64,000 nt of DNA. Source: Clostridia bacterium (GTDB taxonomy: Bacteria > Bacillota > Clostridia > Christensenellales > QALW01). The notes beneath the pieces were generated by a model. That model was not told the origin of the DNA, searched no databases, and saw nothing but the letters and a program-made list of their open reading frames with translations. Positions 1 through 10,078 of the stretch are shown piece by piece. A program made the translations under genes and the position numbers. The stretch covers positions 899 to 64,898 of the forward strand of contig JAZQII010000059.1 in NCBI GenBank assembly GCA_045541035.1, given 5' to 3'. How positions within the stretch are numbered: the first letter of the stretch is position 1; every line of letters starts with the position of its first letter.

Positions 1-313
1 ATGGCAGATTTGCGAAGAACCCCAAAATGGCTACGTTGAAATGTGCTATTATCATGAGTTTGAAAATGAAACACCCACGGTATCACTCTATAACAACGAT
101 ATCAAAAAAGGTATCGAAATGACCTTTGATACAAAAGAATTACCATTCTTTACCCAATGGAAGATGATGGGTGAGGGGGAATACGTTATGGGACTTGAAC
201 CCGGAAACTGCAATCCTGACGGCAGAGATAAAATGCGCGAAAGCGGGAAACTTGAGATCCTTAAATCAGGCGAAACAAAAACTCACAGAATTAAATTTAA
301 GTTTGTTGAATAA
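1..313 (+). CDS. DUF4432 / aldose 1-epimerase-like protein, C-terminal part (5' truncated by window edge)
   Basis: The frame of ORF 41..313 is open back to position 2. FTQWKMM-GEGEYVMGLEPGN is a typical DUF4432 C-terminal motif. Confidence 0.75.
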   Translation, partial: WQICEEPQNGYVEMCYYHEFENETPTVSLYNNDIKKGIEMTFDTKELPFFTQWKMMGEGEYVMGLEPGNCNPDGRDKMRESGKLEILKSGETKTHRIKFKFVE

Positions 314-319
314 AAAACA

Positions 320-343
320 AAAGCCACGAAATTTCGTGGCTTT
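320..343. terminator. Bidirectional intrinsic terminator
   Basis: AAAGCCACGAA-at-TTCGTGGCTTT perfect stem between convergent genes. Confidence 0.8.
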
Positions 344-348
344 AAATT

Positions 349-1671
349 TTATTGGTTATCTTTTTCCATTTCGTCCATTGAAACAGAGTACGTATGTTCA
401 ATGGGTTTCCATTCAACTTTAGTAAATAAAGCCTGAATTGAAATGGGAATGTATGTAAGAATGAAGAATGGGAACGTGAAAATTGAACCGATCTTTCTTG
501 CAGGTGAGCAATGGATCTGCTTCCATTCACCGATTAGAGTGATAATTCCAACCACAAACAGAAGCGCGTAAGCACCAAGACCTGCATTGACCATACCTAT
601 TGTAACGGCGAGAGCGTATTTTATATCAAAAATCAATGAATAAATAAGTGCGCCGAAGTTAATGAAAAAGTTTGTTACGGTAATAAAGAAAGCAGGGGCA
701 ATGGTCATAAGCATGTCAAAGGAAGAAAAGCCTTTGCAAGTAACTATATTTTTAATAAGTCCCATGCCGTATTTTGAAATAACCTGCAAAAAGCCTTTTG
801 ACCAACGCAAGCGCTGACGCCAGGATTGTTTGAAGCTTGTAGGCTGCTCGTCATAAAGCATAGCGCTATGGCAATAGCCGACTTTTTCGCCATGAATAAC
901 GTTATCAATTGAGAACTCAATATCTTCAGTTAAAAGATAGTGTTTCCAACCGCCCTGACGTTTGATAATATCCTTATGCACAAGGAATCCCGTTCCTGAA
1001 ACTGCGCAACTTGTGTTTAAAATAAAACGGGGATTGTTAAGATAGCGTGCTTCACGAATAAACCAAAGGGCATAGCCTGCTGAAATCCAGTTGCTGCCGT
1101 AGTTTTTTGAATTGCGGTAACTTGTAATAATCCTGCTTCCTTCTGAAAAACATTTATCCATTTCGGTTATATAATGTTTATCAAGAAGATTATCGGCATC
1201 AAAAACAAAGTAACCGTCGTAATAATCGAGACCTTTTTCCTTATTAATGTTCTGTAAAAGGAAGTTAAGGGCATAACCTTTACCTAAAAGATCAGTATCA
1301 AAACGCTCATAGACTATTGCGCCTTTTTTTCTTGAAAGTTCCGCAGTTGAATCGGTGCAGTTATCGGCAACAACGTAAATATCAAGAAGATCCTGAGGAT
1401 AATCGTTTGCCTGAATACTGTCAATAAGATATCCGATTACGTTTTCTTCGTTACGGGCAGATATCATTATTGCATAGCGGTGAACCTGTTCAACGTCTTT
1501 AAATTTTTTCGGTTTAACGAAAATTGCAAGTATAATATAAAAGAATTGATATGAGAAACATATAGTCAAAATAATACTTGTGGCAATATTGACCGCATTT
1601 AACCAAGGGATGCTATGATAAAAATCATTGAGCACATCCCAATTGATAATATTTAACCAAACTGTTGTCAT
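349..1671 (-). CDS. Membrane GT2 family glycosyltransferase
   Basis: ARNEE, VVADNCTD, FDADN, TEDIEFS and QRLRW motifs; N- and C-terminal TM segments. Confidence 0.9.
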   Translation of the reverse strand: MTTVWLNIINWDVLNDFYHSIPWLNAVNIATSIILTICFSYQFFYIILAIFVKPKKFKDVEQVHRYAIMISARNEENVIGYLIDSIQANDYPQDLLDIYVVADNCTDSTAELSRKKGAIVYERFDTDLLGKGYALNFLLQNINKEKGLDYYDGYFVFDADNLLDKHYITEMDKCFSEGSRIITSYRNSKNYGSNWISAGYALWFIREARYLNNPRFILNTSCAVSGTGFLVHKDIIKRQGGWKHYLLTEDIEFSIDNVIHGEKVGYCHSAMLYDEQPTSFKQSWRQRLRWSKGFLQVISKYGMGLIKNIVTCKGFSSFDMLMTIAPAFFITVTNFFINFGALIYSLIFDIKYALAVTIGMVNAGLGAYALLFVVGIITLIGEWKQIHCSPARKIGSIFTFPFFILTYIPISIQALFTKVEWKPIEHTYSVSMDEMEKDNQ

Positions 1672-1919
1672 TTTAAATCCTCGTAAAGTGTTTTTTTAGC
1701 CTGAATAAAAGATTCAAGGCAGAGTCTGTAACCCCATATATGATGTACTATTCTCAAAGAGCACAGTAACTTATTTTATTTTTAATACATGACTATTATA
1801 CACTCTTAAAATATATTTGTCAAATTTATTCGAATGGGGCAAAAATAGGCGCAAAAACAAAAATACTGCGATAAAAGCGGGGCATTTGGATAAATAACAG
1901 AAAATGTAAAATTCTATAA

Positions 1920-4820
1920 TTACTTGAATAATTCAATTTTATCAATTCCAAAGTGCATGAAAGAATAGCGTTCTTTAAATTCTTTGGCAACGGAATCTTC
2001 GCTCCATTGACCTTCAAAGGTGAAACTTGCGGGAACTACTGCAAAAGATTCATTGGTCTTGTGGTGAAGTGGACCTAACGTATTTCTTAATGAATTTATA
2101 AGTTCCACCTTTATTTCGTTTTCGCCGTCTTCAAGATCAATATAAGCGGTGCGGTCAAAGATAAGTGTTTTAACCTTTTTGTTGTTTATGAATAAGTTGC
2201 ATATAGCATATCTTCCGGGGATAGAAAGCAGATATTTACCCTTTTCAGCATTAAAAGATTTCTTCAAGGTGATTTTTCCGTAGAAGAATGGATAAAGATC
2301 CGTCGTTATATCGGAAATATCAACGGTACGTTTTTGTTTTGTTATTGTGAAATTACCGTCGTTTAATCTGCTGTCATTTTCACCGATAGTATAATTCTTA
2401 TCCGAGCAAACACCGAAAGAGCCGAAAAGATAAACGGCTTCAATTTCAGTATCAAGTGAAAGACAGTTGCGTAAAGATTCCATAACGTTTTGGAACAAAA
2501 CGTCATAAACTTTTTGTGCCTGATAATAATCAAAGGATAAAACTATCTCGTTTTTGCCTTTATGTGAAAGGTGTGATATAGGCGCAAGTTTAAAACTTCT
2601 GTCAATGCGCCAGTCATCTGTAAGAGTGGCTTCTTTGCCGTTAACCGTAATAGAAAGATCTTTTAACGGTTCAATGCAAAGGGCAAGGTTTTTGGGAATA
2701 AAGTCAGCATTAAAAGTAAATTTCAAATATACTTTACCGCAATGTTTCCGTTTAAGTAAAAGTTCATGAATGTGCTTTATATAGCGCACAGGCTCGTAAG
2801 TTTTGCCGTCAAAGGAAAGAGATGCAAAATCAAGAGCAATGCAATTTTCAGGTTTTTTTGTGAGAGTAAAATCGTTTTCTAAAGTATATGCCTTAAAAAG
2901 TTCTTTTTCAGGTTCTTTTTTAGTTAAAGTTTTTGTTTCGAAAAGCATATATGAAGCAGAATCGGTAAAATCAAGAACAACGTTTACGTCTTTTTTGTTC
3001 TTTTCAATATTTAAAGTATCTTCCTTTAAATCGAGCATGTGAATCTGCTTTAAGCCTTTGCAGTTTTTTACGGTAAGAGTTGCACCTTTTATTTCTTTTT
3101 CGGTAAGATTTGTAATATAGAAGATTCTTCCGTGTTCGGTTGTGCGGACGTTTATGCGCATTCTATCTATTGGCATATTATCCTTTTCAATAAAGGCTTC
3201 ACGGGAAGAAAGAATATCTTCAAAAGTTTTGTTGGCTTTAAGCCATGAAAGATCTGAAATTTTACCGTCGATACGGGTTGGCATCGTACCTTCTGAAACC
3301 ACTTTACCGCCGTTTTTAATAAACTCTTTAAGAAGAGAAGCGGTAAATGAGTCAATAGTTTCTGCTTCGGGGATAACTACGTAATCGTACTTGCATTGAC
3401 CGATAATAAATTTATCGTTTTCAACTTTTCCGTGGCGTGAAATAATTGTTTCATCACCTAAATGATACTGCACGCCAAAATTTCCGTATTTATCTAAAAG
3501 TGCATGGAATGGTGCTTCAAGGTGCTTGACGCTTTCATCTGAAGCGATGCGCTGATAATATAAATATAATGAGTGCATTGGATGAAGAATAAGAACGTTG
3601 GCGTTTTCTTTACCTTCTGCCATAAGTGCGCCTATGTGGGCAAAATAATCGTTGAATTGTTTATAGTATGAGTTCCATGGCAGATGATCGCTGTAATGAG
3701 CAGGATAATCGTACTTTCTTTCACCGCGTTCAGAATAGGGGTAAAGGTGAGAACAGATAAGGTTTATGCCTGAAACAAATTGCCATTGGGCAATACGTTT
3801 AAGTTCGATAGGCGAAACGTCCCAACCGCAAAGGGCAAACGTTTCTGTAAGGACTTTTTTCTTATTTAACTGTGCGGCAACAGAACCTAACTGTTTAGGC
3901 GCAAGATCATCATAAAACATTCTTCCTAAATGATCCATGCCGGGAATATGTTCATATTCATAAAAAGGCATTACACCGCCGCAGCACACCATCTGGAATG
4001 CAAGGGAAGTTTCTTCAATACTGTGTCCCGTAAGTTTTGCACCGTTTTCTTCGCACCAATCATATATTTGTTTTGCAAAACTATCGTTATATTGTCTGTG
4101 GCACAAAAGCCAATAGTCATAGCGCATTTCTTTTGCGCCTTCAAAATCAATAAAGAGGGCAGGGATAGCCTTATAAACGCTATATCCGTATGCTTCCTGA
4201 AAGTTTTTAAGAAAAGTATCAGACCACGCGGTATTATAGCGATAGTACTGAGGCTCGTCAGTAAAAAAGCCGGGCATTGCTTTACCGAAATTTTCGCCTA
4301 CCCGTTTTTTATATTGTTCGTGAGTTGCCGTGATAAATTTTCTGATTATGTTTTTGTCAAGAATATCAACGTAACTTGCAGAATATTCTCTGTAAACGTT
4401 GAGAAATTCTCCGTCTTCAGGGTTAGTAACCTGAACGCCTTCAAGAGTGTAAACGGCAAAGGCGTTTTCATCAAATTTTCCGATTTTATGTGTGAGATAG
4501 GCAACAAAATTTTTAGGATCTTTTAAAAGTTCTCCTCCTGCAAAGCCTGAAGGCCAACCGTTTTCATCGTAAGCCCACGCTTCCATATCGAGTTTTTTCG
4601 CTTCTTCTACGCAGGCATTTATGCAATCGTACCATTCATCGGAACAATATTCAGTTTTTAATCCTCCGCGGGCGTGCATGAAGAATCCGTTAAGACCGAT
4701 ATCTTTCATGTTATGAATCTGCCTTAAAAGTTCATCTTTTTCAAGTTTATCGTTCCAACTCCAGAAAGGGAGACCGCCGAATTCTTTTTTGTTTTCTTTT
4801 ATCTTTTTTGTTAATTTCAT
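1920..4820 (-). CDS. GH106-like (alpha-L-rhamnosidase family) glycoside hydrolase, cytoplasmic
   Basis: PFWSWN, FFMHARGG, WAYDENGWPSG, FFTDEP and HIPGMDHLG motifs plus a C-terminal sugar-binding domain. Start moved to ATG 4820, which follows a GAGG RBS. Confidence 0.8.
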   Translation of the reverse strand: MKLTKKIKENKKEFGGLPFWSWNDKLEKDELLRQIHNMKDIGLNGFFMHARGGLKTEYCSDEWYDCINACVEEAKKLDMEAWAYDENGWPSGFAGGELLKDPKNFVAYLTHKIGKFDENAFAVYTLEGVQVTNPEDGEFLNVYREYSASYVDILDKNIIRKFITATHEQYKKRVGENFGKAMPGFFTDEPQYYRYNTAWSDTFLKNFQEAYGYSVYKAIPALFIDFEGAKEMRYDYWLLCHRQYNDSFAKQIYDWCEENGAKLTGHSIEETSLAFQMVCCGGVMPFYEYEHIPGMDHLGRMFYDDLAPKQLGSVAAQLNKKKVLTETFALCGWDVSPIELKRIAQWQFVSGINLICSHLYPYSERGERKYDYPAHYSDHLPWNSYYKQFNDYFAHIGALMAEGKENANVLILHPMHSLYLYYQRIASDESVKHLEAPFHALLDKYGNFGVQYHLGDETIISRHGKVENDKFIIGQCKYDYVVIPEAETIDSFTASLLKEFIKNGGKVVSEGTMPTRIDGKISDLSWLKANKTFEDILSSREAFIEKDNMPIDRMRINVRTTEHGRIFYITNLTEKEIKGATLTVKNCKGLKQIHMLDLKEDTLNIEKNKKDVNVVLDFTDSASYMLFETKTLTKKEPEKELFKAYTLENDFTLTKKPENCIALDFASLSFDGKTYEPVRYIKHIHELLLKRKHCGKVYLKFTFNADFIPKNLALCIEPLKDLSITVNGKEATLTDDWRIDRSFKLAPISHLSHKGKNEIVLSFDYYQAQKVYDVLFQNVMESLRNCLSLDTEIEAVYLFGSFGVCSDKNYTIGENDSRLNDGNFTITKQKRTVDISDITTDLYPFFYGKITLKKSFNAEKGKYLLSIPGRYAICNLFINNKKVKTLIFDRTAYIDLEDGENEIKVELINSLRNTLGPLHHKTNESFAVVPASFTFEGQWSEDSVAKEFKERYSFMHFGIDKIELFK

Positions 4821-4839
4821 TTGATACCTCACAAAAAAA

Positions 4840-4860
4840 CGTTGCACAATTACTGCAACG
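4840..4860. promoter_or_regulatory. Inverted repeat, candidate operator upstream of the GH106-like gene
   Basis: CGTTGCA-caattac-TGCAACG, 20 bp upstream of the start codon. Confidence 0.35.
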
Positions 4861-4962
4861 GTATTTTTTTTATTATAACATAGTGACTTTCTGTTTGTAA
4901 ACACCAAAAATGTCATTTATATTTTTTAAGGAAATATAATTAAACATAAGGAGGTGCTTTTT

Positions 4963-5421
4963 TTGAAAAAGGCAATTGTTTTGTTGGTGATTATTGCCAC
5001 AATGTTTTCGGGGTGTGCAAAAAAAGAAGTTAAAAATAATGAATACGGTAAAGTATCTTTTACTGTTATTGACGGTTTCAGCGGACTGCCCGTAGAAGGT
5101 GTAAGGCTTGTTATTCCCGAATGTGAAAAGGAACTTTTTACGGACTCTTCGGGAAAAACAGAACAAACAGAGGTTACTGTGATTAAAAATGAAAACAGCG
5201 TTCTCAAACAAGATTACGGCACTTTTTCGGTGCTGGGGTATAAAGACGGATATAACGAATACGCGTTATTCTATGCGCAGATAAAAGACGGTCAGGAACG
5301 TAATATAAAAGTATATATGTTTATGACCGATACGCCCCTTTCTTCGGGAACACCCCTTGCAACCATTGAAAGTCCTGATAAGGAATGGGTTAATGCGCTG
5401 GTGGAAAAATACAGAAATTAA
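4963..5421 (+). CDS. Hypothetical lipoprotein (beta-sandwich-like)
   Basis: AGGAGG RBS then TTG at 4963; MKKAIVLLVIIATMFSGC lipobox. Confidence 0.75.
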   Translation: MKKAIVLLVIIATMFSGCAKKEVKNNEYGKVSFTVIDGFSGLPVEGVRLVIPECEKELFTDSSGKTEQTEVTVIKNENSVLKQDYGTFSVLGYKDGYNEYALFYAQIKDGQERNIKVYMFMTDTPLSSGTPLATIESPDKEWVNALVEKYRN

Positions 5422-5522
5422 ATATTCAGTTTTATGCATAAAAATACATAAAATTTACAAATAAAAACGAAAAAAACGCTTGACAAACCTTTTTTATAAA
5501 CGGAAATTTTTCAAAAAACAAT

Positions 5523-5680
5523 TTATCCACAGGTGTTGATAACTTTGATTTCATTTGTGGATAAATTCATATGTCAAGGAAAATGGGGAAGTTAAATGTG
5601 GATAACTTTTTGGCAAAAAGGAAAGTTATCCACATAAAAGCAAAAAAACCCGTATTTTACTGAACTTTTACTGTGGATTA
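5523..5680. promoter_or_regulatory. DnaA-box cluster
   Basis: Perfect TTATCCACA boxes at 5523-5531 (+), 5556-5564 (-), 5597-5605 (-) and 5626-5634 (+). One-mismatch boxes at 5534-5542 and 5672-5680. AT-rich flanks. Confidence 0.85.
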
Positions 5681-5860
5681 CTTTTTTTGATTCAATTTGT
5701 TAAAATAGTATTACAAAAATTGAATTTTTGCAAATTTTCATTAAAATCAGGCAAAAATGTTTATGCATAATGTATGCAAAAAAATGAATGAAGAAAAATC
5801 CTTTAAAAATGCGGTAAAACAAGGGTTTCTACTGTTTTTTTAAGAAAAGAGAGAATTTTT

Positions 5861-6574
5861 ATGACTGAAAAAATCTTAAAATATTTATGCGGAATTTTGC
5901 TTGTTACGGCACTTACTTTTGGAATGTTTTTCCGTGATACAGATAAAGCAGAATCTGTTTTTTTAAATTATCCGTTAAATGATTACGTAATTGTTCTTGA
6001 TGCAGGGCACGGCGGTGATGACGGCGGTGCAATAGGAATAAAAACACTTACACGTGAAAAAGATATAAATCTTTCAATAACTTTAAAACTTGCCCGTCTT
6101 TTTGAAAGCGTGGGCGCAACGGTTATTCTCACCAGAGCAGATGAAAATGCGCTATGTAAAAACGGGTTCAATAAAATGGAAGATATGCGATCCCGCGCTG
6201 AGATAATCGAAATTTCAAGACCTTACGTTGTTTTAAGCATTCATTGCAACAGTTTTCCGCAAAGCAAAAGTGTTAAAGGCGCGCAGACATTCTATTATCC
6301 GGGCTCTGTAACGGGAGAAGCATTGGCAGAAAGTATTCAGGAAAGTCTGAGTGAAATGGTAGATCCGAAAAATAAGCGACAGGTAAAAAGTGAAGATTTT
6401 TATATGCTCCGCCATGGAAATTCCACAAACGTTATGATTGAATGCGGTTTTCTTTCCTGCCCCGAAGAGGAAGTTTTGCTTATTGATGATAATTATCAAA
6501 ACAAACTGTCTTACGCCATATTTGACGGAACCTGCAAATACATATTAAAAGCAAACACTCCCGATAATATATAA
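5861..6574 (+). CDS. cwlD: N-acetylmuramoyl-L-alanine amidase (Amidase_3, CwlD-like)
   Basis: VLDAGHGGDDGG, EKDINL, LSIHCNS and VMIECGFLS motifs; N-terminal signal anchor. Confidence 0.8.
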   Translation: MTEKILKYLCGILLVTALTFGMFFRDTDKAESVFLNYPLNDYVIVLDAGHGGDDGGAIGIKTLTREKDINLSITLKLARLFESVGATVILTRADENALCKNGFNKMEDMRSRAEIIEISRPYVVLSIHCNSFPQSKSVKGAQTFYYPGSVTGEALAESIQESLSEMVDPKNKRQVKSEDFYMLRHGNSTNVMIECGFLSCPEEEVLLIDDNYQNKLSYAIFDGTCKYILKANTPDNI

Positions 6575-6631
6575 TTGCTTTTTTTTTCGAAATATAATAT
6601 AATTATCTTACAAAATGTTCGGGAGATAATT

Positions 6632-7459
6632 ATGCGCCAAATTACAGTTGAAAAAATTGAAAATGCAGTTTTTGACCTTTTGAGGGATATTTGTGTTAAT
6701 ATGCCCAAAGATACGGAAAAAATGATAGAAGATGCCTATAAAAATGAGATTTCTGACTACGGAAAAGCCAATCTTAAAATGGCGCTTGATAATATCAAGA
6801 TTGCAAGAGAAAACAATATGCCCATCTGTCAGGATACGGGAATGGTTACAGTTTTTGCTGAAATCGGGCAGGAAGTGCATATTGTCGGCGGAAATTTTGT
6901 TGATGCTATAAATTCAGCCGTAAAAAAAGCATACGTTCCTTTCAGAAAAAGTGTTCTTTCTCCGATAGACCGCATAAATACGGGAGATAACACTCCTGCG
7001 GTTATTCATACTTCGCTTGTTGAAGGCGATAAAATCAAACTAACCGTTGCGCCTAAAGGCTTCGGAAGCGAAAACATGAGCGCTCTAAAAATGCTTAAAC
7101 CGTCAGAAGGTCTTGAGGGAATTAAAAACTTTGTTATTGAAACTGTTTCAAAGGCAGGCTCAAACCCTTGTCCGCCCGTTATTATCGGTGTAGGTATCGG
7201 CGGAACAATGGAAAAGGCGGCTATTATGTCAAAACACGCTTTGGCAGTTTCAAAAAATTCCGACGATCTCTTTTTAAAAAAACTTGAAAAAGAACTTTTG
7301 GAAAAAATAAACGATCTTGGTATCGGTCCACAAGGTCTTGGCGGAAGATGCACTTGCCTTAACGTTTACATTGAAACTTATCCTACCCATATAGCAGGCT
7401 TACCCGTTGCAGTAAACGTTCAATGTCATTGTGCCCGTCACGGCGAGGTGATAATATGA
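6632..7459 (+). CDS. Fe-S fumarate hydratase (class I, tartrate/fumarate family), alpha subunit
   Basis: [29 protein letters not shown] and NVQCHCARH motifs. Start at ATG 6632 after a GGAG RBS. Confidence 0.9.
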   Translation: MRQITVEKIENAVFDLLRDICVNMPKDTEKMIEDAYKNEISDYGKANLKMALDNIKIARENNMPICQDTGMVTVFAEIGQEVHIVGGNFVDAINSAVKKAYVPFRKSVLSPIDRINTGDNTPAVIHTSLVEGDKIKLTVAPKGFGSENMSALKMLKPSEGLEGIKNFVIETVSKAGSNPCPPVIIGVGIGGTMEKAAIMSKHALAVSKNSDDLFLKKLEKELLEKINDLGIGPQGLGGRCTCLNVYIETYPTHIAGLPVAVNVQCHCARHGEVII

Positions 7460-8004
7460 TAGAACTTAAATTTCCTTTAGAAGACAGAGAAATACTTAAA
7501 ACTTTAAAAGCGGGGGATAGCGTGCTTCTTTCAGGTGTTATCTACACCGGCAGAGATGCTGCACACAAAAAACTTGTTGAAAAAATAGATAAGTGTGAAG
7601 AACTTCCCGTTGAAATTAAGGATATTGCTATTTACTATACGGGCCCTTGCCCAAAACCCGAAAATAAACCTATCGGCTCGTGCGGGCCTACAACAAGCGG
7701 AAGAATGGATGCTTATGCGCCTAAATTATTAGACCTTGGACAAGCAGTAATGATCGGCAAAGGCGAAAGAAATGATGAAGTCATATCTGCCTGCAAAAGA
7801 AATAAGGCGGTGTATCTTGCGGCGGCAGGCGGAGCAGGCGCTCTTTTGGCAGATTCGGTAAAAAAGTGCGAAGTTATTGCTTTTCCCGAACTTTTGTCTG
7901 AGGCAATTCATCGCCTTGAAGTTGAAAAAATGCCTCTTATTGTTGCTATTGATACTGAAGGCAGAGATCTTTTTAAAACGGGCAGAGACAAATATAAAAA
8001 ATAA
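7456..8004 (+). CDS. Fe-S fumarate hydratase, beta subunit
   Basis: YTGRDAAH, GPTTSGRMD and MIGKGER motifs; ATGA overlap with the alpha-subunit stop. Confidence 0.9.
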   Translation: MIELKFPLEDREILKTLKAGDSVLLSGVIYTGRDAAHKKLVEKIDKCEELPVEIKDIAIYYTGPCPKPENKPIGSCGPTTSGRMDAYAPKLLDLGQAVMIGKGERNDEVISACKRNKAVYLAAAGGAGALLADSVKKCEVIAFPELLSEAIHRLEVEKMPLIVAIDTEGRDLFKTGRDKYKK

Positions 8005-8026
8005 AACGGCTTTGAATGCCGTTTTT
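8003..8026 (+). terminator. Intrinsic terminator
   Basis: AAAACGGC-loop-GCCGTTTT followed by T-rich sequence. Confidence 0.65.
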
Positions 8027-8048
8027 ATTTTGTTTTGGTTCCAAATTG

Positions 8049-8077
8049 TTGACGAAAACTTGCTTGTATTATATAAT
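8049..8077 (+). promoter_or_regulatory. SigA-type promoter for mrnC-rlmB-sigH
   Basis: TTGACG-17 bp-TATAAT. Confidence 0.6.
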
Positions 8078-8166
8078 GTATAGCAACATAGTTAAAAAAC
8101 AAGTCAATATAATTCTTGAAAAAACAATAATTTTAAATTACAATATTTAGGAAAAAAGGACGTAAA

Positions 8167-8604
8167 ATGGCAGAAGATTTTATTTTAAATGAACTTTCTA
8201 AAAAATTTAACGGTGATGAAAATTCTGTAAGGCAATTAAATCCGTTGATTCTTGCGTCGATAGGAGATGCGGTTTACAGTCTAAGTATTCGTTGCCATAT
8301 GGTTGCAAATCATGATTTCAATGCTCATATGCTCCATATGAATTCTGCAAAAATGGTTCGCGCTTCGGCACAGAAAGAAGCGTATTATAAGATTGAAAAC
8401 TTGCTTTTGGAAGATGAACTTTATATTGCAAAGCGGGGTAGAAATTCGCATCCGGGAACAGTACCCAAAAATGCTGATATTTTAGATTACCGCGTTGCAA
8501 CGGCACTTGAAGCGGTGTTTGGCTATTTATATATTTTGAATAAAGCCGATAGAATAAATCTTTTAATAAAAACTATATTGGAGAATGAAAATGAAGAAAT
8601 TTGA
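8167..8604 (+). CDS. mrnC: Mini-ribonuclease III
   Basis: LASIGDAVY, KRGRN and YRVATALEAVFGYLY motifs; upstream of rlmB as expected. Confidence 0.9.
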   Translation: MAEDFILNELSKKFNGDENSVRQLNPLILASIGDAVYSLSIRCHMVANHDFNAHMLHMNSAKMVRASAQKEAYYKIENLLLEDELYIAKRGRNSHPGTVPKNADILDYRVATALEAVFGYLYILNKADRINLLIKTILENENEEI

Positions 8605-9481
8605 TGATAGAAAATTCAATAATAAAAACAGAAGTTTTGATAAAAATAAGAAATTCGATAAGCCACGCTACGATAAACCCAGATTCAATGATGAAAAACC
8701 TAAACGCTTTGAAAAGCGTGATGAATCTGAAAAAGATGAATTTTGCGAAAATATTCTTGAGGGCAGAAATCCCATTCGTGAAGCAATAAAAGCAGGCAGA
8801 AATATTGAACGTCTTCTTGTTGCCGAGGGCGAGATTCAAGGCTCGGTAAAGGAAATCGTTTACGATGCAAAGGCTAACGGTGCAATTATTCAGGAAGTTG
8901 AACGTGCACGCCTGGACCGTATTTCACAAACAGGTGCGCATCAGGGAATTATTGCTTACGTTGCGGTTAAAGAGTACGTAAGCGTTGACGATATTTTAGA
9001 ATATGCCCGTGAAAAAGGCGAAGATCCTTTTATCGTAATTCTTGATGGCATCTGTGATCCTCAGAATTTAGGCGCGATTATCAGAAGTTCAGAATGCGCA
9101 GGCGTTCACGGTGTTATTATTCCTGAACGCAGAGCCGTGGGACTTACTCCCGTTGTTGCAAAATGCTCGGCAGGCGCCATTGAATATATGCGCATTGCCC
9201 GTGTTACCAATATTTCACAAACCATTGAAAAACTTAAAAAAGAAAACGTTTGGGTTTACGGTGCTTCAATGGAAGGTAAAAATTATTCACGTGTAAATAT
9301 GACAGGTGCTTGTGCGCTTGTTATCGGCGCTGAAGGGGAAGGACTTTCTCCTCTTGTTAAGAAAAATTGCGATTGCCTTGTTTCGCTTCCTCAGCTTGGT
9401 AAAATCGATTCTCTTAACGCTTCTGTTGCGGCAGGTATCCTTATTTATGATTGTTTAAGACAAAAGGGTGAGAAAAATTGA
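8591..9481 (+). CDS. rlmB: 23S rRNA (Gm2251) 2'-O-methyltransferase
   Basis: EGRNPIREA, HQGIIA, DPQNLGAIIRS, VIGAEGEG and SLNASVA SpoU motifs. ATG 8591 fits the RBS better than 8585. Confidence 0.9.
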   Translation: MKKFDDRKFNNKNRSFDKNKKFDKPRYDKPRFNDEKPKRFEKRDESEKDEFCENILEGRNPIREAIKAGRNIERLLVAEGEIQGSVKEIVYDAKANGAIIQEVERARLDRISQTGAHQGIIAYVAVKEYVSVDDILEYAREKGEDPFIVILDGICDPQNLGAIIRSSECAGVHGVIIPERRAVGLTPVVAKCSAGAIEYMRIARVTNISQTIEKLKKENVWVYGASMEGKNYSRVNMTGACALVIGAEGEGLSPLVKKNCDCLVSLPQLGKIDSLNASVAAGILIYDCLRQKGEKN

Positions 9482-10068
9482 AGTTAGACGTTTCTGACGA
9501 ACAACTTGCAATCCTTGCGCAGATGGGAAATAACAGCGCTTCGGAAATACTTTTAAATAAATATAAACCTCACGTAAGAAGTATATGTAAACGTTTTTTT
9601 ATGGCAGGCGCCACAAAAGAAGATATTATTCAGGAAGGTATGATCGGTCTTTACAGAGCCATTATGAGTTACAGTCCTGAAAAAAACAGCAGTTTTTCTG
9701 CCTTTGCCATAATGTGTATCAGACGGCACGTTGTTACTAAGGTTCAAGGTGCAAACAGAAAAAAGAATCAACCGCTTAACACCAGCGTTTCGTTAAGTAA
9801 ACCCGTAAGCGATAACGGCGTAACTTTAGGCGAGATCATTGAAGATGAATCTCAGGATCCTGAAATCATGTTTATTGATTCTGAAAATAAACAAAACGCT
9901 AAAAAACGTATCAGCGGTATGCTTTCTCCCCTTGAAAAGCGGATTCTTATTGAATATCTTAAAGATAAAACTTATGATGAGATAGCAAAAAAACTTAACG
10001 TTACAACAAAAAGTGTAGATAATGCAATGCAACGCATTAAAAATAAAATTTCCCGTTTGAAAGTGTAG
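9478..10068 (+). CDS. sigH: RNA polymerase sigma factor SigH
   Basis: EDIIQEGMIGLY, RKKNQPLN.SVSL and KSVDNAMQRIK motifs; position after rlmB. Confidence 0.9.
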   Translation: MKLDVSDEQLAILAQMGNNSASEILLNKYKPHVRSICKRFFMAGATKEDIIQEGMIGLYRAIMSYSPEKNSSFSAFAIMCIRRHVVTKVQGANRKKNQPLNTSVSLSKPVSDNGVTLGEIIEDESQDPEIMFIDSENKQNAKKRISGMLSPLEKRILIEYLKDKTYDEIAKKLNVTTKSVDNAMQRIKNKISRLKV

Positions 10069-10078
10069 GCAACTGTCC

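Noticed and set aside
4910-4940. SigE-like promoter before the lipoprotein, and similar hexamers before cwlD
   Set aside because: Matches are degenerate and expected by chance in AT-rich DNA.
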